DNA of 58,990 bases, filler included. It is 4 parts of 4 records of this genome, joined end to end, with 100 filler letters (N's around TTAATTAATTAA, not from the genome) between each part and the next. Parts side by side here need not be neighbours in the genome. Positions count along the whole stretch, not along the records: positions 38,936 to 45,068 come from SRR22947725_1360; positions 45,169 to 58,990 come from SRR22947725_1361; 2 more parts are not named here. One strand, 5' to 3'. Position numbers and translations under genes: made by a program. Shown in pieces: positions 42,149-53,186 of this stretch (the stretch's first letter is position 1; each line of letters begins with the position of its first letter). The notes beneath the pieces were generated by a model that had not been told where the DNA came from, searched no databases, and saw nothing but the letters and a program-made list of their open reading frames with translations.

Positions 42149-45068
42149 CTATCCTGCTTTTTTTTCTAACACTTTGTTTGTTATGGGATGATCTAGCTTA
42201 TCAAGCATTTCAATCGGGCAAATTTGCATGAATTGTTCAATATTAATATCCCATTCATAAAGTATTTTTTTTGAATACTTAGATTTTGTAAGTTTAGCGT
42301 GCTCTTCTACTAAATTTTTTAGATAATTTTTCCAATATTCTGTTTCTACTTTATTAAATGTTACACTATTAGGGTTGATTAAATTTTCCAATGTAGATTC
42401 TGGATCAAACACAAAAGCCATTCCGCCTGTCATACCAGCAGCAAAATTATCTCCAACATTCCCTAAAAAAATTGCTGTCCCCCCGGTCATATATTCGCAT
42501 CCATTAGTTCCGCACCCTTCTACCACAGCAGTTGCTCCTGAATTTCTTACGGCGAATCTTTCTCCAGCTTGTCCAGATGCAAATAATCTTCCACTTGTAG
42601 CGCCATATAAAACTGTATTTCCAATAATTGTATTTTTTTCTGTCTGAATTTCAGTTGCATTTGCAGGCCTTACAACAATTGTTCCTCCAGATAATCCTTT
42701 TCCTACATAATCGTTACAATCACCAATGACTTCTAAATTTATTCCTTTAACTATAAATGCTCCTAGAGACTGCCCAGCTGAACCTCTAAGCTTAATATTA
42801 ATTTGATTTTCATTGAATAATTTATCTTTAAAGTTTGTTACTAAGGTTGAGGCTAATCTTGCTCCAACCGTTCTATCTGTATTTTTTATATTATAACTTA
42901 GTTGCACATTTTGTCCGCTTTCAATTAAAGGCATTAGATCATTAATAATTTTTTCATCCAAAGTATTTGGAACTTCATTCCTAATTTTATCTTTACAAAA
43001 TCTTGGATGATCCCCAGGGTCAGCTTGGACTAACAGAGGATTAAAATCTAAATCATCTAAATTTGAAGATCCTTTAGATATTTGTGTCAACAAATCTGTT
43101 CTTCCTATTACATCATTTAGATTTCTAAAACCTAACTCAGCCAAAATTTCTCTCACTTCTTCTGCTATAAATGTAAATAGATTGACGACCTTTTCAGGTG
43201 TTCCAACAAATTTAGCCCTTAAATCATCTCTTTGCGTACAAATTCCTACTGGGCAAGTATCAGAGTGACATTGTCTTACCATAATACATCCCATGGCAAT
43301 CAAACTTGTGGTAGCAATTCCAAATTCGTCTGCTCCCATCATTGCTGCCATCACAACATCTTTTCCAGTTTTAATACTTCCATCAGTGCGTAAGACAACT
43401 TTATGTCTTAGATTGTTCATAGTTAAAATTTGATTAGTTTCAGTTAATCCCATTTCCCATGGAAGGCCCACATATTTAACACTTGTTTGAGGTGTTGCTC
43501 CAGATCCTCCATTATGACCACTTATTAAAATAATATCAGCTTTTGCTTTTGCTACGCCGGCGGCAACAGTTCCAACGCCTGTGGATGCAACTAACTTAAC
43601 TCCTACCCGTGCTTTAGGATTAATTTGTTTTAAATCATAAATTAACTGGGCTAGATCCTCTATAGAATAAATATCATGATGAGGTGGAGGAGAGACTAAT
43701 GTAACTCCAGGTGTAGAATGTCTTAGTTTTGAAATATATTTTGATACTTTAAATCCAGGCAATTGTCCGCCTTCACCTGGTTTAGCACCTTGCGCAATTT
43801 TAATTTCAATTTCATTACAATGATTTAAATATTTTGCAGTTACGCCAAATCTACCTGATGCCACTTGTTTTACTCTTGAGTTTGCATTATCTCCATTTAA
43901 TCTTGGCGTAAATCGATCTTCATCTTCACCTCCTTCACCGCTACATGATGCTCCACCAATTCTATTCATTGCTATAGCCAATGTTTCATGAGCCTCTTTT
44001 GATAAGGCACCCATTGACATACTTCCAGTTCCAAACCTTTTTCTTATTTCAGTAACAGACTCTACTTCATCTAATGGTATTGTATTTTTTTTTGATTTAA
44101 ATCCTAATAAATCTCTTAAATGAATTGGAGGCATCTCATGAATTAATTTTGAATACTTTTTATAAGTATCAAAAGAGTCATTTGTCACAGCGCTTTGCAA
44201 TAAATGCATCGTTTTAGCTTGATAGCCATGTGTTTCTCCACCATTACGATATTTGTAAATACCTCCTATTGGAAGCGAAATTACATTTTCACGAAAAGTC
44301 TTTTCGTGATGTTTTTTTATCATCTCTTCGATTCCTAAAATTCCAATTCCTGAAATTCGAGATTCTAAACCCGGAAAATATTCTGATACTAAAGATCTAC
44401 TTAAACCTAAAGATTGAAAATTTAGTCCTCCCCTGTAAGAACTGAGAACAGATATTCCCATTTTTGACATAATTTTTAACAATCCATCATTTATGGCTTT
44501 CACATACCTTTGGGTACACTCATCAAAAGTTAACTTTCCAAATAGTCCTTTTTCAAATCTTTGGTAAATGGAATCTATGGTTAAGTATGGGTTAACGGTA
44601 GTTGCGCCAGCACCAATTAATACTGCAAAGTAATGCGTATCTAAGCACTCAGCTGACTTCACATGAATAGAAACAAATTTTCTTATACCAAGATTAGTTA
44701 AATGTGATTGTACAGCTCCCTGGGCTAAAATGACTGGTATAGAAATTCTATCTTTTAAAATATTCTCGTCTGAAATTATTAGATGTTTTGCACCACCTCT
44801 GACAAACTCTTCCGATTCAATTCTTATTCTATCAAGTTGATTTTTTAAATTATTCTTATCATTGATTTTGTAACTTAGATCTATTGTCTTTATTTCATCT
44901 TTAAAAGTATCATGTATTTTTTTAAACTGCGAGTTTGTTAAAACTGGGCTTTCAAGCAAATAACTTTTTTGTTTAGTTAATTTATCATCTAAAATATTTT
45001 CAAGATTTCCTAGTCTTGTGTTTAAAGACATCACTCTATTTTCTCTTAAAGAATCAATTGGTGGATTT
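42149..45068 (-). CDS. gltB: Glutamate synthase large subunit (5'-truncated at contig end)
   Basis: Motifs SGEGGED, KQVASGRFGV, QGAKPGEGGQLPG, CIMVRQCHSDTCPVGI and C-terminal GXGXG repeats. Confidence 0.97.
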
Positions 45069-45168
45069 NNNNNNNNNNNNNNNNNNNNNNNNNNNNNNNN
45101 NNNNNNNNNNNNTTAATTAATTAANNNNNNNNNNNNNNNNNNNNNNNNNNNNNNNNNNNNNNNNNNNN
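45069..45168. other. Artificial contig linker
   Basis: N44-TTAATTAATTAA-N44. Confidence 0.99.
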
Positions 45169-45555
45169 CCATGTTTTTCCTAAACCTAATCCAACAAATG
45201 GCTGCATATTTTCACAATTTAAAGCTTCAGCTAAACTATATTTAAGTATCAAATCACCTGCGAAGTAAGTAGCATCGTTTATAAACTCAGCGCCGTCTGA
45301 AAATTTTGAGATTGAGTTTACAGACCCACTAATACCAAGAGATATATTATCACCTAAATATTTAGAAAGAGTAAACATAGATAATCCACTAGAAACGTTC
45401 CAGTTTTCATCTACCGCAAAAAATTCGTCTGCATTTAGATCAATTGCATTTATTCCAAATGAAAACTGCCAAGGGTTATTTTCATCTTGAGAATATGCAT
45501 TTGCGTAATTAAAAGTTATCAATATAGCCAATACTAATTTGCTAAAATTTTTCAT
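45169..45555 (-). CDS. Outer-membrane beta-barrel protein, N-terminus of a flavobacterial OmpA-family protein (truncated)
   Basis: Signal peptide followed by QDENNPWQFSFGINAID and alternating beta-strand segments; cut by the contig end. Confidence 0.7.
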
Positions 45556-45653
45556 AATAATATTTATTTTATAATTTTTTATACTTTTAAAGATATCAAT
45601 TAATAATGAATTGATTTTTAACTATCATTAAGATTTAAAAATTATTACAGTAC

Positions 45654-48600
45654 TTAAATTTTAATCACCTCTAATTTGTTTGCTGTATTTATGATAATTT
45701 TATCTTTAACTTTATAACCCATACTACTCAAAACTACTTCATAATTACTAAGTTGATCATAATCTTCTTTTTTTAATTTACCTGTTTTGTAGTCGATTAT
45801 ACATATTTCTTTTTCTGAAGTAAAAACTATTCTGTCTGCTCTAATTGGGTTACTGTTTTTTAAAATTATATCTTTTTCGTTGTATGATTTTAAATCAGGA
45901 TTGTATAAGTTTCTCAACTTTTCGTGGTCTAAAATTTCAAATATTGTTTGTCTATAAATTTCTTTCAAATTTGTACTAATTATGCCATCATCGTAGAAAT
46001 CGTTTAAAACTTTATCAAGGTCCTGCTTAGATTTTATTTTAGACATAATTTCATGTAATAAATTCCCATTATTAGTAGCTTCTTCAATAGACTTCCCCCA
46101 TATTTTCGCAGATTTAGCATCAATATTTATATCGTGAACTTCCTTTGGGTTAATTATAAATTCATCAATAATTGATGTATTGAGTATTTTTCTTGCAAAA
46201 TCTTTTTTTATTTTTTGACCAAACTCAAAAGTCTCTTTATTTTCCTCCCATAAATTATTACTCTTTAAATAATTAATAAACATCCCTGAATATTTTTTTA
46301 AGTTTTCCTCTCCCTTATTGTTACATGAATTAGAGCATATTATATGAAGTTCATTTTGAGCTCTTGTTAATGCTACATAAAGTAAATTGATATTATCTAA
46401 TTCTAAGTTCATTAGATGAGTTTTATATATAGAATTACCAATATCTTCAAAAAACTCAAAATCCTTATTAAAATTTAAGAGCAAATTATTAAAACCATTA
46501 TATTCGTCTCTACTAACTGGATACCACTCTTTTGCATCTTTTTCTTTGTAAATATCTATATCTGCGTATGCATAAATAACAACAGGAAATTCAAGTCCCT
46601 TTGATTTATGGATAGTCATTATCTGAACTGCATCACTTTCATCAGGGGCTACAATACTTAAGGTATCTTTTTTTGACTCATAATGATCAATAAAGTCTAG
46701 TATATTAGCAAAATTTTTATTTGAATAATCAAAAGCAAAATCAAGAAAAAATTGAATATAATTATTTGACTTTTTAGATAATTTGAACGCAAAAATAATA
46801 TATTCAATTGCTTCATAAAGAGATGATTTTGTTAAAATATTATAATCAAAATGCAAATTAAGTTTATGCAGTTCTTCGAAAAAATCTTTTTTTGGTTTTT
46901 TTATTAATTCCTTAATAAAGTTGTGTTTTGATTTTTTTAAATTCTTTTTCCTGTGTAAATAATTTATAATATTTAACTTTGAATTCATTAGTTTAGGCTG
47001 AGAACAAAACTTTAAAATTGCTATAATAAATTCTACATCTTCAGATTTGCTAATTAAAAGTGTCTCAGAAGAGATGATATTTATATCTTTTTTGTTTAAA
47101 AAGTCAGAAATTTTCACTCCTTGATCATTGGTTCTTACAAGAATGCAGATATCTCTTAATTCGAAATTATTCTTTAAACTATCTTCAACAATTTGCTGTA
47201 TTTTTAAATTGTAAGCATTTTCTTTTTTTGCATTAGAATCTAAATTTTCTAATATGTTAACTCCAACATAACCTCCTAAATTATTGTTATATTCTTGTTG
47301 GCAATTTTTATAAATTTTTTTATGAACTTCTGAAGTAAATACAAATTGACTAATGTGATAGAAAAACGAATTATTAAATTTAATTATTTCATCTTTACTC
47401 CTATAATTAGTTTCTAAATTAATCACTTTGCTTTTAGTGAAAAAGTCAGTATTGTTATTGCAAAGTTTTAGTAATTGTTCGGGCTCTCCACCTCTCCACC
47501 TGTAAATAGCTTGTTTTATATCTCCTGAAATTGATAAAGATGAATCTTCTGAAGAAAGAGAGTTTTCAATAAGTGGTACTAAATTAGTCCATTGTAATTT
47601 AGAGGTGTCTTGAAATTCGTCGATAAAAAAGTGTTTATATTTTACACCTATTTTTTCATAAACAAAAAGTGCAGGTTGATTTTTGATTTGATTATTTACG
47701 ATTTTGTTAAATTCAGAAATAAGAATAATGTTTTTTTCTTTTTTAATAATTTCTAATTCTGAATTTATGTGTTTAAGAATTGATAAAGGTCTGTTATTTG
47801 ATTGAATATTTTCATAAAATTTAAATTTGAATATCTTTTTCTTTAAACAAGTAAAAATGACATAAAGTTCATCTTTTATTAAATCTATTATGCTTTTTTT
47901 GTCTTCTGCTAATGTTTTTTTATATAAATAACCACTTTTAACGTTTGACTCTAATTGACTTGAATATAACGCATTAAAATTTTTTGACTTCACCTTTTTT
48001 AAATGTTTAGGTAAAGCTTGACTTAAAAAATCACTATCATTTAAGCCTTTACTGTAAATTAAGTTTAGGCAATTAGTGGCCTCATTTACAATTTTTGATT
48101 CAGTTTTTATTTTCTTATCATCAATTAGTTTTTTTAACTTTTCAAAATCCTCCAAATTTTTACACTCTATAGCCGATATTTGTTCAAAGTGATTTTCATT
48201 TAGTAATAATTTAGAAATATTATTTAAGTCATACTCTATATCCCAACTTTTATCATTAGCAGATTTTTCAAATGAAAAATTAATAAGAGTTTTTGTTAAT
48301 TTTTTATCAACTCCAGCCCTTGATATTAATTTAGCGGTGGACTCTTCTAGTAAATCCTTAGTTTTAATTTCTACTTCATAATTAACAGGAATTTTTATTT
48401 CGTAAGCAAAATTTCTTATAATTTTTTGTGTAAACTTATCTATTGTTGAGATATTAAAAGAAGCATAATTTATTAGAATTGATTTCAATATTGAAATCGA
48501 TTTTGATTGAATTTCTAGATTAGTTAAACCTGTTTCTTTTTTAATAGAATTTAAAAGAGGATTGTTTTTATCATTTATTGTTATTTTGGTAAGTTGATTT

Positions 48601-48782
48601 AAACTATCAATTATTCTACTTTTCATTTCATTTACAGCTTTATTTGTAAATGTTATGGACAGAATCCTTTTATAAGAATCAATCTGGGGATCAGTAAGCA
48701 AAATTTTTAAATATTCCTTAACCAGGTTAAAAGTTTTACCACTTCCTGCTGATGCATTATATATGTTATAGAAATGTTTCAA
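45654..48782 (-). CDS. UvrD-family helicase with C-terminal PD-(D/E)xK nuclease (AddA-like)
   Basis: Helicase motifs ASAGSGKT, DEFQD, GDIKQAIYRWRG, MTIHKSKGLEF and LYVALTRA; C-terminal RADRI...IIDYKTG. Confidence 0.9.
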   Translation of the reverse strand: MKHFYNIYNASAGSGKTFNLVKEYLKILLTDPQIDSYKRILSITFTNKAVNEMKSRIIDSLNQLTKITINDKNNPLLNSIKKETGLTNLEIQSKSISILKSILINYASFNISTIDKFTQKIIRNFAYEIKIPVNYEVEIKTKDLLEESTAKLISRAGVDKKLTKTLINFSFEKSANDKSWDIEYDLNNISKLLLNENHFEQISAIECKNLEDFEKLKKLIDDKKIKTESKIVNEATNCLNLIYSKGLNDSDFLSQALPKHLKKVKSKNFNALYSSQLESNVKSGYLYKKTLAEDKKSIIDLIKDELYVIFTCLKKKIFKFKFYENIQSNNRPLSILKHINSELEIIKKEKNIILISEFNKIVNNQIKNQPALFVYEKIGVKYKHFFIDEFQDTSKLQWTNLVPLIENSLSSEDSSLSISGDIKQAIYRWRGGEPEQLLKLCNNNTDFFTKSKVINLETNYRSKDEIIKFNNSFFYHISQFVFTSEVHKKIYKNCQQEYNNNLGGYVGVNILENLDSNAKKENAYNLKIQQIVEDSLKNNFELRDICILVRTNDQGVKISDFLNKKDINIISSETLLISKSEDVEFIIAILKFCSQPKLMNSKLNIINYLHRKKNLKKSKHNFIKELIKKPKKDFFEELHKLNLHFDYNILTKSSLYEAIEYIIFAFKLSKKSNNYIQFFLDFAFDYSNKNFANILDFIDHYESKKDTLSIVAPDESDAVQIMTIHKSKGLEFPVVIYAYADIDIYKEKDAKEWYPVSRDEYNGFNNLLLNFNKDFEFFEDIGNSIYKTHLMNLELDNINLLYVALTRAQNELHIICSNSCNNKGEENLKKYSGMFINYLKSNNLWEENKETFEFGQKIKKDFARKILNTSIIDEFIINPKEVHDINIDAKSAKIWGKSIEEATNNGNLLHEIMSKIKSKQDLDKVLNDFYDDGIISTNLKEIYRQTIFEILDHEKLRNLYNPDLKSYNEKDIILKNSNPIRADRIVFTSEKEICIIDYKTGKLKKEDYDQLSNYEVVLSSMGYKVKDKIIINTANKLEVIKI

Positions 48783-48842
48783 GCATTATAGATTACTTAA
48801 CCAAATTAAGTATTCTATATTACTTATTAATAATCCTTTTTG

Positions 48843-48850
48843 TAAATTTG
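48843..48850 (+). promoter_or_regulatory. Bacteroidota -7 promoter element (TAnnTTTG) for sod
   Basis: TAAATTTG ~37 bp upstream of ATG 48887. Confidence 0.6.
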
Positions 48851-48886
48851 TATATTATATAAATATTAATCTAAAAAAATAATACA

Positions 48887-49492
48887 ATGGGATTTAAATT
48901 ACCAGAGCTGAACTTTTCATATGATGCATTAGAACCATCTATCGATGCTAGAACGATGAAAATTCATCATTCTAAACATCACAATGGTTACACTAATAAT
49001 TTAAACAATGCTATAGTCGATACAGATTTAGATTCTGCTTCAATTGAGTCTATTCTAGCTAATCTTGATATGGATAATAAAGGGTTGAGAAATAATGCCG
49101 GAGGTTATTATAATCACAAATTGTTCTGGGAAGTAATTTCACCCGTTGATAATAATGGTATCTCAGATACTATGTTAGATCTTATCAATACTTCATTTGG
49201 TTCTTTTGACACATTTAAAGATAAGTTTTCAAAAGCTGCTGCTACCCAGTTTGGTTCAGGATGGGCATGGCTTTGTGTTATGGATGATGGAAAACTTGAA
49301 GTTTGCGGAACTGCCAATCAAGACAATCCTTTAATGCCAAATATTGGATGTGGAGGTACACCTATTTTAGGTGTAGATGTTTGGGAACATGCTTATTATT
49401 TAAACTATCAAAATAGACGAGTAGATTATATTTCTGCATTTATGGATTTAATAAATTGGAAAGTCGTTGAAAATAAGTATTTATCTAAATAA
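48887..49492 (+). CDS. sodA: Superoxide dismutase, Fe/Mn family (Mn-type residues)
   Basis: Motifs HHSKHH, NAGGYYNH, GSGWAWL, NQDNP and DVWEHAYY. Confidence 0.92.
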   Translation: MGFKLPELNFSYDALEPSIDARTMKIHHSKHHNGYTNNLNNAIVDTDLDSASIESILANLDMDNKGLRNNAGGYYNHKLFWEVISPVDNNGISDTMLDLINTSFGSFDTFKDKFSKAAATQFGSGWAWLCVMDDGKLEVCGTANQDNPLMPNIGCGGTPILGVDVWEHAYYLNYQNRRVDYISAFMDLINWKVVENKYLSK

Positions 49493-49494
49493 AT

Positions 49495-49522
49495 AAAAAA
49501 GGCGAACATAGTCCGCCTTTTT
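49495..49522. terminator. Bidirectional intrinsic terminator between sod and purF
   Basis: AAAAAA-GGCGAAC-ATA-GTCCGCC-TTTTT. The stem pairs fully (one G-U) on the minus strand. Confidence 0.8.
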
Positions 49523-49668
49523 CCCCCAAATCAAATCACTTAATAAAGAAATTATAAAGTGAAAGTATAAATATATTCTCCTTCACATTTAATCATTTAT
49601 ATATTACACTTTAGTTGTTTAATTATTAGTAGTTAAATGTTTAAATATTAAAGAGAGTGAAAAAGTAA

Positions 49669-51564
49669 TTAGTAGGCTCTCTTTTTATTTCCTTCGTAGA
49701 AGTTTATAAATGCGTTGTTTACGACCCTATTACCACCATTTGTTGGGTAGTTTCCTGTAAAGTACCAATCTCCTAAATTATTAGGGCAGGCCTTGTGTAG
49801 ATTTTCGATTGATTGAAAGATAATTTTAACTTCAGCGCTGTTAACATCTGTACTCAATAGAGAAGTAATCATATTAGAAATTTCTTCAGCAGAAAATAAA
49901 GCATAAAGATCTTTTACATAATTAGTTATCTCTGAATCTGCTAAAAGTTCTTGCTTTTTACATTTTTTATATGTTGATTCAATTAATGAATATTGTTTGG
50001 TTTCTTTTAAAAGTGACAATAGTGCTTTAAAAGCTATAAGACTTTCTAAGTTTGCCATATCAATACCGTAACAATCTGGGTATCTGATTTGTGGTGCAGA
50101 CGAAACAACAATTATTTTTTTAGGTCCAAGTCGATCAAGCATTTTTAAGATACTTTTTTTAAGAGTTGTACCTCTAACTATACTATCATCTATAATAACC
50201 AAAGTATCAGTTTTTTTAATTACCCCATATGTTATATCATAAACATGCTCCACTAGGTCATCCCTGCTACTATCCTCTGTAATAAAAGTCCTAAGTTTAA
50301 CATCTTTTATAGCAATCTTTTCAATTCTAGCTTTTTCACTTAGTATTTTAATTATTTCCTCTTCTGAAATATCAGTATTATTTAATATTTTATTTGTTTT
50401 TTTCTTGATTAAATAGTTATCTACACTTTCAACCATTCCATAAAATGATGTTTCAGCAGTGTTGGGGATGTAAGAAAAAACAGAGTTACTTATATCATAA
50501 TTAATTTCTTTTAAAATTGTAGGCATTATTAGTTTTCCTAGCTCTTTTCTTTCTTTATAGATATCAGCATCACTACCTCTTGAGAAGTAAATTCTTTCAA
50601 ATGAACATGATTTTTTTTCAGTTGGGGGTAGTATCTCTTTTATAGTTAATTCTCCTGCTTTATTTATTAACAATGCATTACCAGGTGGAACCTCTTTAAT
50701 TTGATTTAATTTTAAATTAAATGCAGTTTGAATAGCAGGCCTTTCAGATGCAACTACTATAATTTCGTCATCTTTATAGTAAAAGGCTGGTCTTATTCCT
50801 GCAGGATCTCTAAGAATAAAAGAATCTCCGTGTCCGATCATACCTCCAATAACATATCCTCCGTCCCAATCTTTTGAAGATTTTCTTAATATTTTACTGA
50901 CTTTTAACCTTTTAGTAATTAAAGGTGAACATTCAGACTTGGTAAAGCCTTCTTTTTTTAAATCTTTATAAATTTTTCTAACTTGAGCATCTAAAAAATG
51001 ACCAATTTTTTCCATTATGGTAATTGTGTCAGTGTATTCCTTTGGATGCTGACCCAATTCTACAAGATTATTGAACAAATCTTTGACATTGGTCATATTA
51101 AAATTTCCAGCTAGAATTAAATTTCTGTGTTTCCAATTGTTTTGTCTTAAAAAAGGGTGCACACTTTCTACGCTATTTTTACCAAAAGTTCCATACCTAA
51201 CATGTCCAAGCATTACTTCCCCAATATATGGGATATGTTTTTTTTGAAGAGAAACATCATCTTTTAATAAAGGATTACTTTCTAAAGTATCATTAATTCT
51301 ATTGTTGATTTTTGAAAAAACATCTTGAATTGGTTGCTGTTCAATTGACCTAACCCTACTTATATATCTTTCACCAGGCTCAACATCAAATTTAATACTG
51401 GCAAAACCCGCACCGTCTTGACCTCTATTGTGTTGTTTTTCCATCAAGAGATACATTTTATTTATTCCATAAAATGTAGACCCATACTTTTTTTTATAAT
51501 AATCTAATGGCTTAAGAAGTCTAATATGGGCAATTCCACATTCGTGTTTTAAAGCATCACTCAT
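49669..51564 (-). CDS. purF: Amidophosphoribosyltransferase (Bacteroidota long form)
   Basis: Propeptide then ECG, QHNRGQDGAG, GHVRYGT, CSFERIYFSRG and IDDSIVRGTT. Confidence 0.92.
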   Translation of the reverse strand: MSDALKHECGIAHIRLLKPLDYYKKKYGSTFYGINKMYLLMEKQHNRGQDGAGFASIKFDVEPGERYISRVRSIEQQPIQDVFSKINNRINDTLESNPLLKDDVSLQKKHIPYIGEVMLGHVRYGTFGKNSVESVHPFLRQNNWKHRNLILAGNFNMTNVKDLFNNLVELGQHPKEYTDTITIMEKIGHFLDAQVRKIYKDLKKEGFTKSECSPLITKRLKVSKILRKSSKDWDGGYVIGGMIGHGDSFILRDPAGIRPAFYYKDDEIIVVASERPAIQTAFNLKLNQIKEVPPGNALLINKAGELTIKEILPPTEKKSCSFERIYFSRGSDADIYKERKELGKLIMPTILKEINYDISNSVFSYIPNTAETSFYGMVESVDNYLIKKKTNKILNNTDISEEEIIKILSEKARIEKIAIKDVKLRTFITEDSSRDDLVEHVYDITYGVIKKTDTLVIIDDSIVRGTTLKKSILKMLDRLGPKKIIVVSSAPQIRYPDCYGIDMANLESLIAFKALLSLLKETKQYSLIESTYKKCKKQELLADSEITNYVKDLYALFSAEEISNMITSLLSTDVNSAEVKIIFQSIENLHKACPNNLGDWYFTGNYPTNGGNRVVNNAFINFYEGNKKRAY

Positions 51565-51593
51565 TACAGATATATTATGGTCTTGTTAAAAAA

Positions 51594-51601
51594 CAAAAAT
51601 A
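51594..51601 (-). promoter_or_regulatory. Bacteroidota -7 promoter element for purF
   Basis: Minus-strand TATTTTTG ~30 bp upstream of the purF start. Confidence 0.55.
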
Positions 51602-51640
51602 GAATCAATTTTTACAAATATCTAAAAAAAGTGATTTATT

Positions 51641-52540
51641 TTATTTTTTAATTTTGGATACTCTTTTTTCAATAAGATTAATATCTAAATTCATTATGTT
51701 ATTTGGCCCAAAATCTTCAATGCAATATGATGCAATTGCAGTTCCATACATAACTCCATTTTTAACTTCATCAAATGAAATCTTTGAACAACTTGCTAAA
51801 TATCCTGCTAATCCACCTGCAAATGTATCTCCTGCTCCAGTGGGGTCCTTAACTTTTTCAGTAGGAAATATTGGACAATTATAATAATCATCTTCACCAA
51901 AAACTAGTGAACCAAACTCTCCTTTTTTAATGATTAAAAATTTAGGCCCAATATCAGATATTTTCTGTGCTGCGATCTTCAAATCACTTTCACCAGTTAA
52001 TTGTTCAGCCTCTTGGTCGTTAATACATAATAAATCAACTTTGGAAATCACATTAATTAACTCATCAAGAGAGTTATCCATCCAGTAATTCATTGTATCT
52101 AAGATTACAAGTTTTGGTTTTGAGTTCATTTGTTCCAGAACACTTAATTGAGTAGAAGGATGTAAGTTTCCAAGAAGGACTATATCTGCATTTTTATAAT
52201 TGTTTGGGACTTTAGGTTTAAAATCTGCAAGAACATTTAGTTCGGTGTTTAAAGTATCTCTATGATTCATGTTTACATGGTAAAGACCTTTCCAAAAAAA
52301 AGTTTTTCCACCTTTAACAATTTCAATACCAGAAATATCTATTTTTTTTGTTTTCAAAAGAGTTAAATATTCTTCAGGGAAATCACTACCAACAACCGAA
52401 ACTATAGCGTTATTAATATTAAAAACTGATGAGGATATTCCAATAAACATGCCTGAACCCCCTAAAATTCTATCTACTTTGCCAAACGGGGTTTCAATTG
52501 AATCAAAAGCAACTGTACCAACTATAAGTAATTTATTCAT
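51641..52540 (-). CDS. PfkB-family carbohydrate/nucleoside kinase
   Basis: Motifs GTVAFDSIETPFG, IIKKGEFG and DPTGAGDTFAGG. Confidence 0.92.
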   Translation of the reverse strand: MNKLLIVGTVAFDSIETPFGKVDRILGGSGMFIGISSSVFNINNAIVSVVGSDFPEEYLTLLKTKKIDISGIEIVKGGKTFFWKGLYHVNMNHRDTLNTELNVLADFKPKVPNNYKNADIVLLGNLHPSTQLSVLEQMNSKPKLVILDTMNYWMDNSLDELINVISKVDLLCINDQEAEQLTGESDLKIAAQKISDIGPKFLIIKKGEFGSLVFGEDDYYNCPIFPTEKVKDPTGAGDTFAGGLAGYLASCSKISFDEVKNGVMYGTAIASYCIEDFGPNNIMNLDINLIEKRVSKIKK

Positions 52541-52573
52541 TTTTTAATTTTATTTGAAAAATGCGAATATAAA

Positions 52574-53185
52574 CTATTTTCGTCCGAAATCTGCAGGGAT
52601 TTCACCCCAAATTTTCGTTTTCCATTTCAATATTTTTGTTTGATAAGTATTAGATTTAAGCCATAATATAGCTCTATCAATTAATAAAAATAGATTTTCA
52701 TTTTCGTTAGTCCTTTCTAATTTAGTATTACATTTTTTTTTGCTAACCCAACTTATTGCAGTAATAGAATCAGTGTAAATGGGTTTATTACTTTTCATCT
52801 TCTTTAATTCTGCTAATCCGTGGACCAAAGCCAAAAACTCACCAATATTATTAGTTCCTTTTTTAAACGGACCGAGATTAAATAATAGTTTTTTTGTTTT
52901 GGTGTCTACCCCTTGGTATTCCATAATGCCAGGATTCCCACTTGATGCAGCATCTACAGAAATAGAATTATAATTTGGAAGTTCATCACTCTTAAAAAGC
53001 TTAGATTTAGCAAGGTGAATTTTATGACCTTCAGTTAGTGCATTGTTAGCATCTTTTAAATTTTCAAAAGACTTATATTTTGCCCCTTTAAAATTATTAA
53101 TTTGTATTTTACACTGTTCCCAAGAATTATAGACGCCTTTTTTATGACCTTTCCAAACTACATAATATTTTATTTTTTTCTTCAT
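52574..53185 (-). CDS. rnhA: Ribonuclease HI with N-terminal hybrid-binding (viroplasmin-like) domain
   Basis: YYVVWKG...YNSWEQC hybrid-binding domain; SVDAASSGNPG, TNNIGEF, IYTDS and GEIPADFGRK. ATG 53185 chosen as start. Confidence 0.9.
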   Translation of the reverse strand: MKKKIKYYVVWKGHKKGVYNSWEQCKIQINNFKGAKYKSFENLKDANNALTEGHKIHLAKSKLFKSDELPNYNSISVDAASSGNPGIMEYQGVDTKTKKLLFNLGPFKKGTNNIGEFLALVHGLAELKKMKSNKPIYTDSITAISWVSKKKCNTKLERTNENENLFLLIDRAILWLKSNTYQTKILKWKTKIWGEIPADFGRK

Positions 53186-53186
53186 T

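Noticed and set aside
45654-48782. Helicase-nuclease as an anti-phage defence system
   Set aside because: The architecture matches the housekeeping AddA/UvrD-like repair enzyme, and there are no defence-type neighbours.
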